Assembly: GCA_010093605.1 (NCBI GenBank)
Contig: MU004193.1
Location: 62,001-126,000, forward strand
Direction of reading: 5' to 3'
Origin: Lophium mytilinum
Taxonomy: Eukaryota
Length of the DNA: 64,000 nt
Shown here: positions 13,469-23,828 of the stretch, piece after piece
Numbering within the stretch: the stretch's first letter is position 1
How the letters are laid out: each line of letters opens with the position of its first letter
Notes under the pieces: model-generated
The model's input: the letters and a program-made list of their open reading frames with translations, nothing else
Databases searched by the model: none
Told to the model about the DNA's origin: nothing
Made by a program: the position numbers and the translations under genes

Positions 13469-15049
13469 ATGATTCTACAACATCTCCCTTTCCTCCTACT
13501 CTTCGCTTCGCTTTCTTTCCCATCTACAAACGCGGTCCCTACCGACGTCGCTTTCGAAAAGCCCGTCCCCCTCCATCAAGTCCATTCTGTGCTCCACATC
13601 AGACGCCACGCTACGACCATTCACAACGGCCGAAAGATCAACTTCAAGCTAATCTCGCGCGCGCCCAAGAACCAACACTGCTGCAAAGACGGCAAACAAG
13701 CAAAGAAGGAATGCCAAGGCATCTGGAAGTCCGACGAATGCAAATGCAACCCGTGCAAAAAAGGCGAACACGCAGACAACACCAAAAGCTTCTGCCTCAA
13801 GGACGGAGAAGACTGCCCTGGAGACCAGACGAAGACCGATAAGACTGGCTGCGTGTGTAAGGACGACACCAAGAAGGTGAACGACGGCAACGGAAAATGC
13901 GATCTCGACAACGACTCGTGCCCTGATGATCAAGAACTCGGCTTGGATAAGCGGTGTAGCTGCAAAGACAAGAAACTAGTGCCGGATCGTGTCACTGGGA
14001 GATGCGAAGTTTCGGACAAGAAAGGGCAGTGCAAGGATGGGCAGATTCTTGATCCCGCTGAAGGCTATCAGGACAAGAGTAAGAAGAATCCGGTCTGTAT
14101 TGATGACAGAGATTCGAAGTGTCCGAAGGGCCAGATTGCACCCTCGCCTTCTGACGACGATAGGACGAACCCGAACCCAGCATGTGGGAAGGAGCCGGAT
14201 GAGAAGGACAAAGCCAAATGCAAGAACGGTGAATACGTTTTTGTGACCGTCAGCGACGGGAACGCGCATGAAAGTTGCAAAAAGACGCGTGAATTCGACA
14301 ACAAGAAGAAGGACAAAGCCAAGAGTATTCTCGACGATCGGGCTAAGAAGCGCAAGCACGACGACGACGAGAAGAAAAAGAAGCAGAAAGACTTCGACGA
14401 CAAGAAGAAGAATCGTATGAGCAAATGTCTACTCTACGTGCCGCTAGGGATGTCAGATTTGAAGGTATATGAGGTCTCGCCAGCCTCATGGACGACCGGC
14501 TTTTTCACCGAAGAGTTTATCCAAGACGACGATATGCTGAGCAACAAGACTTGGTTCCCATGGGACGAAGACAACGTTCCGTTCAGCCTCGATCCCCCCA
14601 AAGAGCACGACCCGTTCCAGAATGATACGTACATGGCGTTGTGGGTTTCGCTTGCGACTGAGCAAGGAGATCCGGTAACCTTTGGACCGTGTAGCAAGCG
14701 AAATTTGTTCTCAGGCTCGGATAAGAGATGCCAAAAAACGCGAGACGTAGATCCCGGTTCTACTGGGGACAGACTCGAGAAGAGATGGGAGTGGCTTGCC
14801 GCTCTCATTGCTTGGTTTTACCGACTCGGGTCCCGCATAGCAAGTGCTTTAAAAGGCATTGTGGGCAGGCTTAGGGAACCATTCAAGAAGGTGTTCAAAA
14901 GTGATCGCTTTTTGAAGCTTGCGGACAAAAATAAAGGCGCAAGCCGTGATGCAATGCAGAAAGCCCGGAAATTTATCACAGAGGATAAACGCTGGAAGGA
15001 TTGCATTGCGGGCAAGGAACCAACAAAACCACTTCCGAAGATTAGTTAA
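13469..15049 (+). CDS. secreted Cys-rich, Lys/Asp-rich protein with dibasic (Kex2-type) sites
   Basis: Signal peptide MILQHLPFLLLFASLSFPSTNA, propeptide ending HIRR, ~21 Cys in repeated modules, a charged coiled segment, then EKR followed by an amphipathic helix. Single exon. Confidence 0.85.
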   Translation: MILQHLPFLLLFASLSFPSTNAVPTDVAFEKPVPLHQVHSVLHIRRHATTIHNGRKINFKLISRAPKNQHCCKDGKQAKKECQGIWKSDECKCNPCKKGEHADNTKSFCLKDGEDCPGDQTKTDKTGCVCKDDTKKVNDGNGKCDLDNDSCPDDQELGLDKRCSCKDKKLVPDRVTGRCEVSDKKGQCKDGQILDPAEGYQDKSKKNPVCIDDRDSKCPKGQIAPSPSDDDRTNPNPACGKEPDEKDKAKCKNGEYVFVTVSDGNAHESCKKTREFDNKKKDKAKSILDDRAKKRKHDDDEKKKKQKDFDDKKKNRMSKCLLYVPLGMSDLKVYEVSPASWTTGFFTEEFIQDDDMLSNKTWFPWDEDNVPFSLDPPKEHDPFQNDTYMALWVSLATEQGDPVTFGPCSKRNLFSGSDKRCQKTRDVDPGSTGDRLEKRWEWLAALIAWFYRLGSRIASALKGIVGRLREPFKKVFKSDRFLKLADKNKGASRDAMQKARKFITEDKRWKDCIAGKEPTKPLPKIS

Positions 15050-16014
15050 AGGGGATGCATTTTCTTTGGAGAGGGCTACGGCAGGCATGTGTTATCTCTT
15101 GTATATAGCCTTACCTTCCTCTAGACCTCGTCTCTCCATTATTATTATTCATCTGATACACCACGTACACAGCCCACAGCTCCGTGTTCCGCAACAGTGT
15201 ATCTCATGCGACCCAGCCCACATCCGTCCCCGTAGCCAAGCACTATCCCTATATGGATGACATGCAAAACTCATGCGTGCCGAGATCGCAGCCAGTCCGT
15301 ACCCAAACAATCGACCTCGATAGACGACATGCTTCAAGCTTTGTCTGTCCCCGCTCTTCTTGAGATTAGCGAGTCTAAGAAGACCCTTACGTAACTTTAT
15401 ACTGTCCCTTATGTATTCTACTTGCTGTACACCTTACTCCCCCACCACTAAAGCAAGTGCGTCAAATGGATGAAGGACCTGCTGGTTCCTATCGCAGACG
15501 TCCATCATCTGCCTATTTCGGAAGTATAGGGTTGCGGGGACAAGTTTTAGCAAACTAGCAACAACGGATAGAGGGGTGACAGCATTTCTCACGGAACAGG
15601 CGATCTAGAAACCAGCCGTCACATAGACCCGGTTCTAGGTAAGGTATAACTCACTTCAAGATAATAGTCAACCAAGTCTGACAGCTTGAATAGCGGTATT
15701 GCGGCGTGGGCTCCCCATTGGTTATATTGTATCTCACCGCTGCGACCGTATTTTAATACGCGGCGTATCAATCAAGCTAATTTGCCCGGCACGGAGAGTC
15801 GTCCGATGAATTGCAGATTTTTTGGGGCTTGTTTCACGAGATGTCATGATATATATTTGCAGGTGGAAGGTTGAGTAGATGCTTTCAATTCTCTATTTCA
15901 GTATCGCATCTAGCTACTAAGGTACTCGGGGTCGGGAAGTGACCCCAAGTAAGCGAGTACGCTGAGGAGTTCGAAAGCCGAGACTATCTTGAAGCGTTGC
16001 TTCGAAAGATGAAT

Positions 16015-16836
16015 CTATTCACCGGCGGCATATTTCTGCTCCTTCTGATCTCCAGAAACTTTTTCCAGTCGAGACACTTCAGAAAGCCACTCCTTCGCCA
16101 GCCGAAGAGTGTAATCGGAGTTATCTGACATGTTTTGAGACAGCTTCCTCGCTTCCAGAACTTGATCCTTCGATATAGTCTGCAGCTCGCCGCATTCTTG
16201 GCGAAATCTCCATGACAGGCGATATCCCTGCGACTTGAACATGACTATTTCCGCTTCCTCGAACGACATGGCAGCGTTTTTGAAGCCATTCGATGCCGCT
16301 GCAAAGTATCGAGATGCCTCAATTAGGCTTTTCGACGCTTCCTGATAGGCATCGTGTATCTCCTTGGCGCGAGCAGCTGTCAAGAACGTGTCCTGTCGAT
16401 GGACTTCAGGATAGCTCTTGAAGTCGGTAGGGTAAAAACCCAACGCAATCTCATGCGCTAGTGAACCCTGATCTTTCCTGATCCAGGCTTCGTTGTAGAT
16501 ACTCCTTGCCCAATCGAACGTCCGGGCGGCCTGCAGAGCGGAGATCGGCTGGGCTTGGGCAGTGGGCTTGGGGCTATGGAAGGATGAAGGCATTGCAGAG
16601 CCAGGCGTTGGATTAGACTGCTGCGCAAGACGGCGGTCCAGTTCGGCCCGCTTTGATGCGTCAATCAGTATTTCGTAAGCATTCTGAATCTCCTTGAACT
16701 TCTCCTGCCCAATTTCACGATGAGCAGGATCTGCGATCCTATCCGGATGGTACTCTAGGCATAGCTTGTGGTAGGCCTTCTTGACTGTGCCAAAGTTTGC
16801 GTCGTGCGACACTCCAAGAATCTCGTACGGAGACAT
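16015..16836 (-). CDS. J-domain (DnaJ/Hsp40 class C) protein J1 with uncharacterised helical C-terminal domain
   Basis: PYEILGV...YHKLCLEYHPDR...FKEIQNAYEILID..KRAELD is a canonical J-domain with HPD. The C-terminal domain is shared with four paralogs in the window. Confidence 0.9.
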   Translation of the reverse strand: MSPYEILGVSHDANFGTVKKAYHKLCLEYHPDRIADPAHREIGQEKFKEIQNAYEILIDASKRAELDRRLAQQSNPTPGSAMPSSFHSPKPTAQAQPISALQAARTFDWARSIYNEAWIRKDQGSLAHEIALGFYPTDFKSYPEVHRQDTFLTAARAKEIHDAYQEASKSLIEASRYFAAASNGFKNAAMSFEEAEIVMFKSQGYRLSWRFRQECGELQTISKDQVLEARKLSQNMSDNSDYTLRLAKEWLSEVSRLEKVSGDQKEQKYAAGE

Positions 16837-17343
16837 CTTGACGCCCTTGAAGATGCAGGTCGAGCGTTGATAGTTTCTGAGCGGTTATATAGATGGTGAG
16901 AGCAGCATTGTGAGAGAATGATCATTCTGCAACATTTTTTCTAGATTGTAGAAGATTGATGGAACTCGGTTCATTGTTGGCTCAGAATCGACGGTACATG
17001 AGCTGTCAAAAGCCTACCAGTGGAGATCCGGAGATAGCAACGAGCGGCACGGCGTAGCCAAAGCGCTGCTTACTCGACAAGCTCTTTCACTCGTATTTAT
17101 ATTATCATTGCATCACAGAGAGAACACAGACGGGAGATGTTTGAGTAAGGAGCAAAAGCGTAGTTCTTCATCTTAGTTGTCTAAGATAGTGACTAATTAC
17201 CAGATTTTCTGACAGTTAGGGCCGCTACGCGACGGTGAGAGATACTTGCCAACATTAGAAGGAAGATATGATATTGACAGTTATGATCGCGGGAATTACT
17301 TAAGCATGACCAGAGGATGCAAGCGAGGTCCAGGAGCCGTAAT

Positions 17344-18140
17344 TCATCCAGCTATGATGATTCCCAGTGCTTCCTTCTTGGCTGTACCCTGCTGCAGGAG
17401 CCTGAGGACCATGTGCATCCACCCAGTAGCCAGGTCAGAGAGGCTGAAATGCTCCAATTTTGTTTGCTTGTGAAGCTTCGTGAGCTCTAGCTCTTGCTTG
17501 TGTGATTCTCTGCCCCACTTTGCGCACTCCTCGAGGGTCGTTGCATTTTGTGTAGCTCTTGCGGCATCCGCAAAATAGCGCCTCGAGTTGCTAAACTCAT
17601 AACTTGCCTTACGGAAACTGTCGGACGCTACCCAAACCAAAGCTGATGCCTCGCCGTATGCTTTCTTGGTCTCAATGGCCTTCTTCACTGTCAAACAGGA
17701 GTCCTTGTAGTAATGGATCGGAGAGCTGGGGTAATCCAATGGTCGGAGTTTGATCGCGTCCTGATATTTTTTACGACCCAGGGCGCTTGTAAGACGACCT
17801 TTCGAATACCAATGGCTTCCTAGTTCCAAGCGCTCGTCTACGAAAAACTGGTTGGGGTCGCGACGAAGTTTGTCGCGAGTATTAGGGCTCTGCGGGGCAT
17901 CGGGGCAGATCCACCAGCTTGCCGTGGGAGGCGTCGATCGAGCTCTGCGCGTTTGACCGGATCACTAAGGATCTCCCAAGCGCTCTGTACTTCCTTGAAT
18001 CTCTTTTCTCCTTTCTTTTGAAAAGCAGGATTAGCTATCTTGTCTGGGTGGTGCTTCAAAGCCAGAGCGTGGTATGCTCTGCGGATTACTTGGGGAGTTG
18101 CATCCTGGGGGACTTCCAATACGGTGTAGGGGGTTGACAT
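17344..18140 (-). pseudogene. J-domain paralog J2, frameshifted near 17900
   Basis: J-domain with HHPDK in ORF 17838-18140. The homologous C-terminal domain (PLDYP...YGEAS...LSDLATGW) is in another frame that stays open up to ~17910. No plausible intron was found. Confidence 0.7.
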
Positions 18141-18457
18141 GATGAAACTGTTTGTTGGATCTGTTGGTGGACCCTTGTCGAGGGCCGAAGGGGAGATCTA
18201 TACAGACTAGTTCAGGTAGCTTTGTAAGTGCACGTTTACCACGAAGATCTTCCACATATACGACCTCCTCACCACACCCCCACGGCCGTCAACGTTGTGC
18301 AGCATCGTCTCGTGTTGTGTGCTCACAATGTGCCAGTCTCGAAGAATATAAACCTCCTGCTCATTGAACGTCTGCATTTCTTGAAGAACTTTTCCGGGCA
18401 CAAACCCCCAAGGAAGCCAACCGACACACACAAATACCAAGCTCCCACCCTCTCAAT

Positions 18458-18838
18458 ATGAACTCTTACATCGCGATGAAGAACGCGATACAAGAGATAG
18501 ATAACGGGAAGAACCCGAAGCCCAAGGAAGAGCCTAAGGAAGAGCCCAAGGATGGACCTGCGCAATACGACGAAGTCGTCATACTCGAGGCCGGGGCTAG
18601 GTTCGTCTTACCAGGGGCGAGTCAAGAGACTAGGACCTCTGTCAAGAAAGTCAGGAAGTGGCTTGAGCAAATGGAAACTGATCCCCCTGTAGAATATCAT
18701 CTACCACCACAGGACCGAGTTCCTGCAGAGTATGTTCAACAGCCGGGCGAAAAGCCTCCCCCTACTCCTCAGGTTCCTCCAATCGTTCCACCACCTGTCC
18801 CTCCACACGGTTGGAAGAAGTGGGTCTTTAAAGGCTAA
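18458..18838 (+). CDS. orphan family A, copy 1 (Pro-rich tail)
   Basis: 126-aa ORF with TATAAA at ~18347. Shares ASxETxxSVxKVxxWLxxxExDxPVEY with 19429-19791. Confidence 0.7.
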   Translation: MNSYIAMKNAIQEIDNGKNPKPKEEPKEEPKDGPAQYDEVVILEAGARFVLPGASQETRTSVKKVRKWLEQMETDPPVEYHLPPQDRVPAEYVQQPGEKPPPTPQVPPIVPPPVPPHGWKKWVFKG

Positions 18839-19428
18839 GCTTGATTCATGGTGTGGATGCCTGAACTTGCTGACGTTGCCTCCATCCAGTTGCGGTCGCA
18901 CAACATCTTCAACAACGTGAGTAGTGTAGCAAGACTCCTAACACGAGCATCATAGGATATTATGAGTCAGGCAAGTTGTACCAGGCTCTCATTACTCAAA
19001 TCAAGTCCCTCTTTGCCTAATGCAAACTTTTGACCTGAAAGTGACGGATACCACAATCCTAATTTACGTGCCGTTTCCTGCCTCGTCCAACTTCTCGGGC
19101 GGGAGAAGTTGACCTAGTTGGTGTCGGTGTTGTTTTCCCATATATGGCATGCCATTTCATAGATAGAATTCTCAACACCAAATTCAATATTGAAGCGGAA
19201 CATTGTGTAGTCACATAGGAATTTCAAATATACGAGATTGTAAGTAGGCATTGTTGCTAGACAAAATACTTGGAGTTGAAACATATATCTTGAGGAAGCC
19301 AAGAGTCATGCTAATCTCTCACCCTTCACGTTTCCAGACACAGGAATTTGGAATTCTCAAAAGTCAAAAAGTCCACCTCCAAAGCAATCAACGTGTCTTC
19401 GCGGTAACTTTCGTACTCGACTCATAGT

Positions 19429-19791
19429 ATGGAGCGAAAGAAAGACAATAGTAAGACAGGATCTTACAGTTCTGCTAGCACATACGTACTCCCAGAACAA
19501 ACTGAGCGCTCTATGAATATGTGCAATCTACCCGATGTAAGCTCCAAGCACCAGGACTTTCAGATGTTCCTCGAAGCAAGTCAGCAGCCAGCGGGAGCGC
19601 CACTTAAGCCTAGAGTTAAGCGGGTAGAGGTGCTTATCGATCAAAACGGAGACAGGTATTCCGCCCCTTGGGCTTCGAGGGAGACTATCAAGTCCGTTGA
19701 GAAGGTGAACGGGTGGCTGGCGGAGCTGGAGTTTGATACTCCTGTTGAGTACCTAAATCGCCCGGAAGACGAACGTTCTGAGTCGAAATGA
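19429..19791 (+). CDS. orphan family A, copy 2
   Basis: PWASRETIKSVEKVNGWLAELEFDTPVEY aligns with copy 1 (PGASQETRTSVKKVRKWLEQMETDPPVEY). Confidence 0.65.
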   Translation: MERKKDNSKTGSYSSASTYVLPEQTERSMNMCNLPDVSSKHQDFQMFLEASQQPAGAPLKPRVKRVEVLIDQNGDRYSAPWASRETIKSVEKVNGWLAELEFDTPVEYLNRPEDERSESK

Positions 19792-20397
19792 TACTTGGTT
19801 TTGCTATCTTTAGACGCATCTTGGGAGATACGAACGGTACCTGACACCAATCCCAAGTGACACTGCGATCGAATGAATGCCATGCGCGCAAGCGTAGATA
19901 CGGGGCCGAGACTGCTACGCTGCCGGACTCCCAGCACCCACGAACCACAATCCTTGTTGACTTAGGTAGCGATACCAAAATCACACATTCAACTTTTCCA
20001 ACCAAACATCATTATTGCCTCTTCTTTTTGCACTATGAAAGCTCTTGCACAATGACTGCAAATGTCTTGACATAACCAGTAGCCAGGACGCAGCTAGATT
20101 CACTTGCATGCCGTATGAATGAGAAGGAATGCTTGGGCGATTAAAGCGTGAATGCTAAGTACCCATATCGTTCACCTGCCCTTCTGAATACGGATATATA
20201 AATTAGACTTGCGATCGAGCTCTTTCCTGGATCACCCCACAGCTCCCACGCCAAGCCCACTTCATATCCACAACCACCGCGCTCCCATACCACCAGCCAT
20301 ACCTTCTCAAGGACCAATACTACTTTCCGGGCTACTATATCCCTAAAATTCAACCCTGCAATAATTTCAATACTTTCTCCACCCATTTCAACACAAG

Positions 20398-20922
20398 ATG
20401 TCCCCGACTTCCAGGCTCGAGGCTGCGGGGATGGATGCTCGCCAGTTTCAGAAGATCACCACTGGATTGCCCTATTCTGAAACGACTACGGTCTTGGACG
20501 TTCGAGTGGCAAAGGATTTCCAGGAATCCTTTCTCCAGGCCCAGCGCAAACTTGCTGACGACTGGCAGCTTCTCCAGTGGACGGATATGAAGGACGTCTG
20601 GGACGATCTCTGCAAAGTAGCGCAGCCCAAATGGGACTATTCTTTCGAGATCCTTTCGCACGCGGCGAATGGTCATGCCCAAACAACAGAAGGCCGAATC
20701 AAGAGCAGAATCTTACAACGACAACGATGGCTGGAGCAGAAACCTCGAGGACCACCTCCGAAGCCTTATTTCGGCTCTACAGACCAGGACGACGCAGACT
20801 TAGCAAACTTCTGGTCTGGGAATATGGAGCCCAGGAGGCGTACCCGAGACCTGTTTCCCAGCAAGGAAAGCATGGACAAGGCTAAGGCGAAGGTTTTCCA
20901 ATGGCTCTCCGAGCTTCCGTAG
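20398..20922 (+). CDS. orphan family B, copy 1
   Basis: TATATAAA at ~20195. MKDVWDDLCKVAQPKWDYSFEILS aligns with copy 2. Confidence 0.75.
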   Translation: MSPTSRLEAAGMDARQFQKITTGLPYSETTTVLDVRVAKDFQESFLQAQRKLADDWQLLQWTDMKDVWDDLCKVAQPKWDYSFEILSHAANGHAQTTEGRIKSRILQRQRWLEQKPRGPPPKPYFGSTDQDDADLANFWSGNMEPRRRTRDLFPSKESMDKAKAKVFQWLSELP

Positions 20923-21679
20923 CTGGTTGCCCCCAGAGCTCTTGCACTGAGATTATCTCTCAAAAGGGGGTCACATAGCTTGACGCGAAGGCGTAAGAAG
21001 AGAGGTGGACAGTTTTACTAGATCTATGGAGCATCCAAGTACGTGCGCTAATCACTTCTCATTTCTAGATATTCAGGATGAGGCCTTGGACAGTCTTCTC
21101 ATGCTGCGTTGGCTCGTCGAGTAGTTGTGTTCAAAAGATATCGAGTCTAGGTAGATACACAGGCGCCAGACGAATACACAATATTGAGCGCGTAGATGCT
21201 ATGATAGTCAGCTTTTGCACGCACTTCTGATGTCTCGACAAAGTATCTCAACTACGGACAGCTAAGTTTCTCCTACTTGAACTGTGTGAATAATCATGAT
21301 TGGTTGAAGCCGCTCTAGTCAACAATGCGTCAATTTTGAAAGCTCATCTAGACTGATAAGAGGTAATCAAGGTCAATGGACGATGGCCCAGGAGAAGTCC
21401 ATAGAATGTTTTACAGGTATTGTACACTTCCAGGACTCCTTTTCAGCTTGTGATTCGTTACCAATGTTCCCGATATTGAGCCTTACTTGCAGTGAGTAAG
21501 GCCACCCGATCTGTGTTTATCCACACTGAAACATTGTTGAATAGTTTGAGAGAATGGTGACTGGGATAATGCTTCATAGTGCACTCTAAACGTGCTTTGT
21601 GTTCACACAATGTGTCCCAATAGGTAATATATGGTCAACAATCCCAGTTACCACTCGTTATCAAATCAATCTTCCAGAT

Positions 21680-22270
21680 ATGCCATTCCATACAAGCCAT
21701 AATCCAGAAGACACCATGTCGTTGCTCTCACGCCCCAACACGCCCCCAAACATTCCCATGTTCAGATATCTCGAAGGATGCCGCGCAGCACGCCATCAAA
21801 ACTTGACCGACCAGTGGCTAATGATGTACCAAGATCCAACTATGAGAGATATCTGGCCAGATCTTTGTGCCATAGCACAGCCGAAGTGGGATAGATCTTT
21901 TGAAGAACTCTCGGGATTCATTCACCGACGTCAAATGACATCCAATGATCACATCAAGTACAGGATGCGGCAACTGAATGCATGGCGATCTCAAGAGCCG
22001 CGCACTTCCTTCCCACCGCAACGCATTCTTGGACCCTGGATTTCGCCTGAACAAGATCCGGACTGGGCAGACTTTTGCGCGGGTCCCATGGAGGGCGATC
22101 CAAAAGATATGTACCCAGATATGCAAAGGCAACTTGCGGGCAGAATCGCAGTCCTGAAATGGCAAAAGCAGCTAGAGAAAGACCCACCGGCAGAGTACGT
22201 TGTTGCTCCCAAGGTCGTGAAGCGAGTTCTGAAGCGAGCCAGGGGAGAATCCTCCCATCGTTTGGGCTAG
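21680..22270 (+). CDS. orphan family B, copy 2
   Basis: MRDIWPDLCAIAQPKWDRSFEELS; C-terminal VLKWQKQLEKDPPAEY links it to family A. The start may instead be 21716 (CACCATG). Confidence 0.75.
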   Translation: MPFHTSHNPEDTMSLLSRPNTPPNIPMFRYLEGCRAARHQNLTDQWLMMYQDPTMRDIWPDLCAIAQPKWDRSFEELSGFIHRRQMTSNDHIKYRMRQLNAWRSQEPRTSFPPQRILGPWISPEQDPDWADFCAGPMEGDPKDMYPDMQRQLAGRIAVLKWQKQLEKDPPAEYVVAPKVVKRVLKRARGESSHRLG

Positions 22271-22734
22271 GCTCTTGTACACCCCCTTGATTGAACACTT
22301 GGTAGCTGGTCATACTGACCGCTACCCATGAGACCTGGATACCAAGGATCGAACCTAGGAGATTATGCCTAGTTCGAATACCCTGAGAAATCAATTTTAA
22401 CCCCTACAATAACTTTTCTTCTTCTCCGGCATGTGACTAGTACGTGAATACCGAAAGCAACCTCGATGATCTTTGTTCCTGACATTCTGTTCGCCGGCGT
22501 AAGACCAAATCGCTCCCCTCCAGAATCTCCAGTTTCATTGTCAGGTAACACGACGAGGATTATGTAAGAACAATCGTGTAAGTCTGATGCGTCTACAATG
22601 ATTCATCCGTACCTGTGATTTCCTGATCATGGGTATAACATGCTCCAAACTCACGCGCACAGACAGGAATTTTGCATCATCAAGATTGTAGTACTCGCAC
22701 ACACGAAGCGTTGAAGTGGGTACCTTATTCCACC

Positions 22735-23262
22735 ATGTTCTTCTTCAACCCCACCCAAAACCCCCTGCCCAGCCCCTTGATGCCCCTGCCTAGCACCCTA
22801 ATGTTCGCATCCACCCCCGAAGAACGCGACCAGATCGAGCGCGAGGTAGCCTCAATGGGCACCGAAACGTTGCCAGAGTGGTCCGACATCATTCGCGCGC
22901 GTTATCGACAGCTCTGCCAGGACCTGATGACGCGTGGCACACCTCTGCCTCTGAGTAGAGTAGAGATCTCGAAAGCGTTCCATTGGTGTACCCTCGAAGA
23001 AGCGAAGCAAGAGCCGCGTCTTCGTGCCCGTCTTCGGCAACTGAAAGCTGAGCACGAGAAGGCACACATGCGGGAACAGACGAAAATGATAACCGCACAA
23101 CACCCAGCACAGCCCTCAAAGAAGGCGAAGAAGGGCCGTGAGATGGACAAGCCGTTTTGGGCTACGTACTTGGTCTTGCTAGTCCTCTGTCTTGTCATGC
23201 TTGATCGTGTCTTCGGGTTCAAGCCGTTTGGGAAAATTACTAAGGATGGATTCGAGGTCTAA
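22735..23262 (+). CDS. orphan family C, copy 1 (C-terminal transmembrane anchor)
   Basis: IRARYRQLCQDLMTRGTPLPLSRVEISKAFHWC aligns with copy 2. Hydrophobic FWATYLVLLVLCLVML near the C-terminus. Confidence 0.7.
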   Translation: MFFFNPTQNPLPSPLMPLPSTLMFASTPEERDQIEREVASMGTETLPEWSDIIRARYRQLCQDLMTRGTPLPLSRVEISKAFHWCTLEEAKQEPRLRARLRQLKAEHEKAHMREQTKMITAQHPAQPSKKAKKGREMDKPFWATYLVLLVLCLVMLDRVFGFKPFGKITKDGFEV

Positions 23263-23828
23263 ACTGGATCTTGAATCAATGATTCTGGGGGTGTGGGTGC
23301 AAGTACATTTACTTGTCTCAAGTGTACACGAGAGAGTATAGCCAGTAGCAAACTAAGGTGATCTTGCGCTCCAAATACAAATCTTTGCATATTGCATGTA
23401 CCTTTTTCCTTCTGCGAGTCAGGTGACATGTATTGCGATGGAGAGATGGATGAAGAAACTCTACCTCATCTTTCAAGACCAATTTCCTCGCTCAGTGTCA
23501 GGACTATCATGTACTCATTACGAACCCAAACCCCGAATAGCCATCTCATTTGTTCGTCGCTTGAACCATCGAAACATTGTGCACAGAGACCGCGGCAATA
23601 GCAACCCTACTAAGAGCATTTTGAATATATGTAATGACAGTATCATAACCTCACAATGCCCCTGAACCTCGTCGTGAAAGCGCCCTCTGCACTGTATATA
23701 CTGAGCCGTCTTCCTCCAAGATCAGCCTCATCACACCAGACCAACCCTGCTTCGTCTTTTGACGTTGTTCCCTCAACCCTAACGATATCTCAGGGGTTCC
23801 CCGAATCGACGGTACATACCTTCCCAAA

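Noticed and set aside
17820..17841. GT..AG micro-intron to repair the J2 frameshift
   Set aside because: 22 nt with no branch site is too short for a fungal spliceosomal intron.
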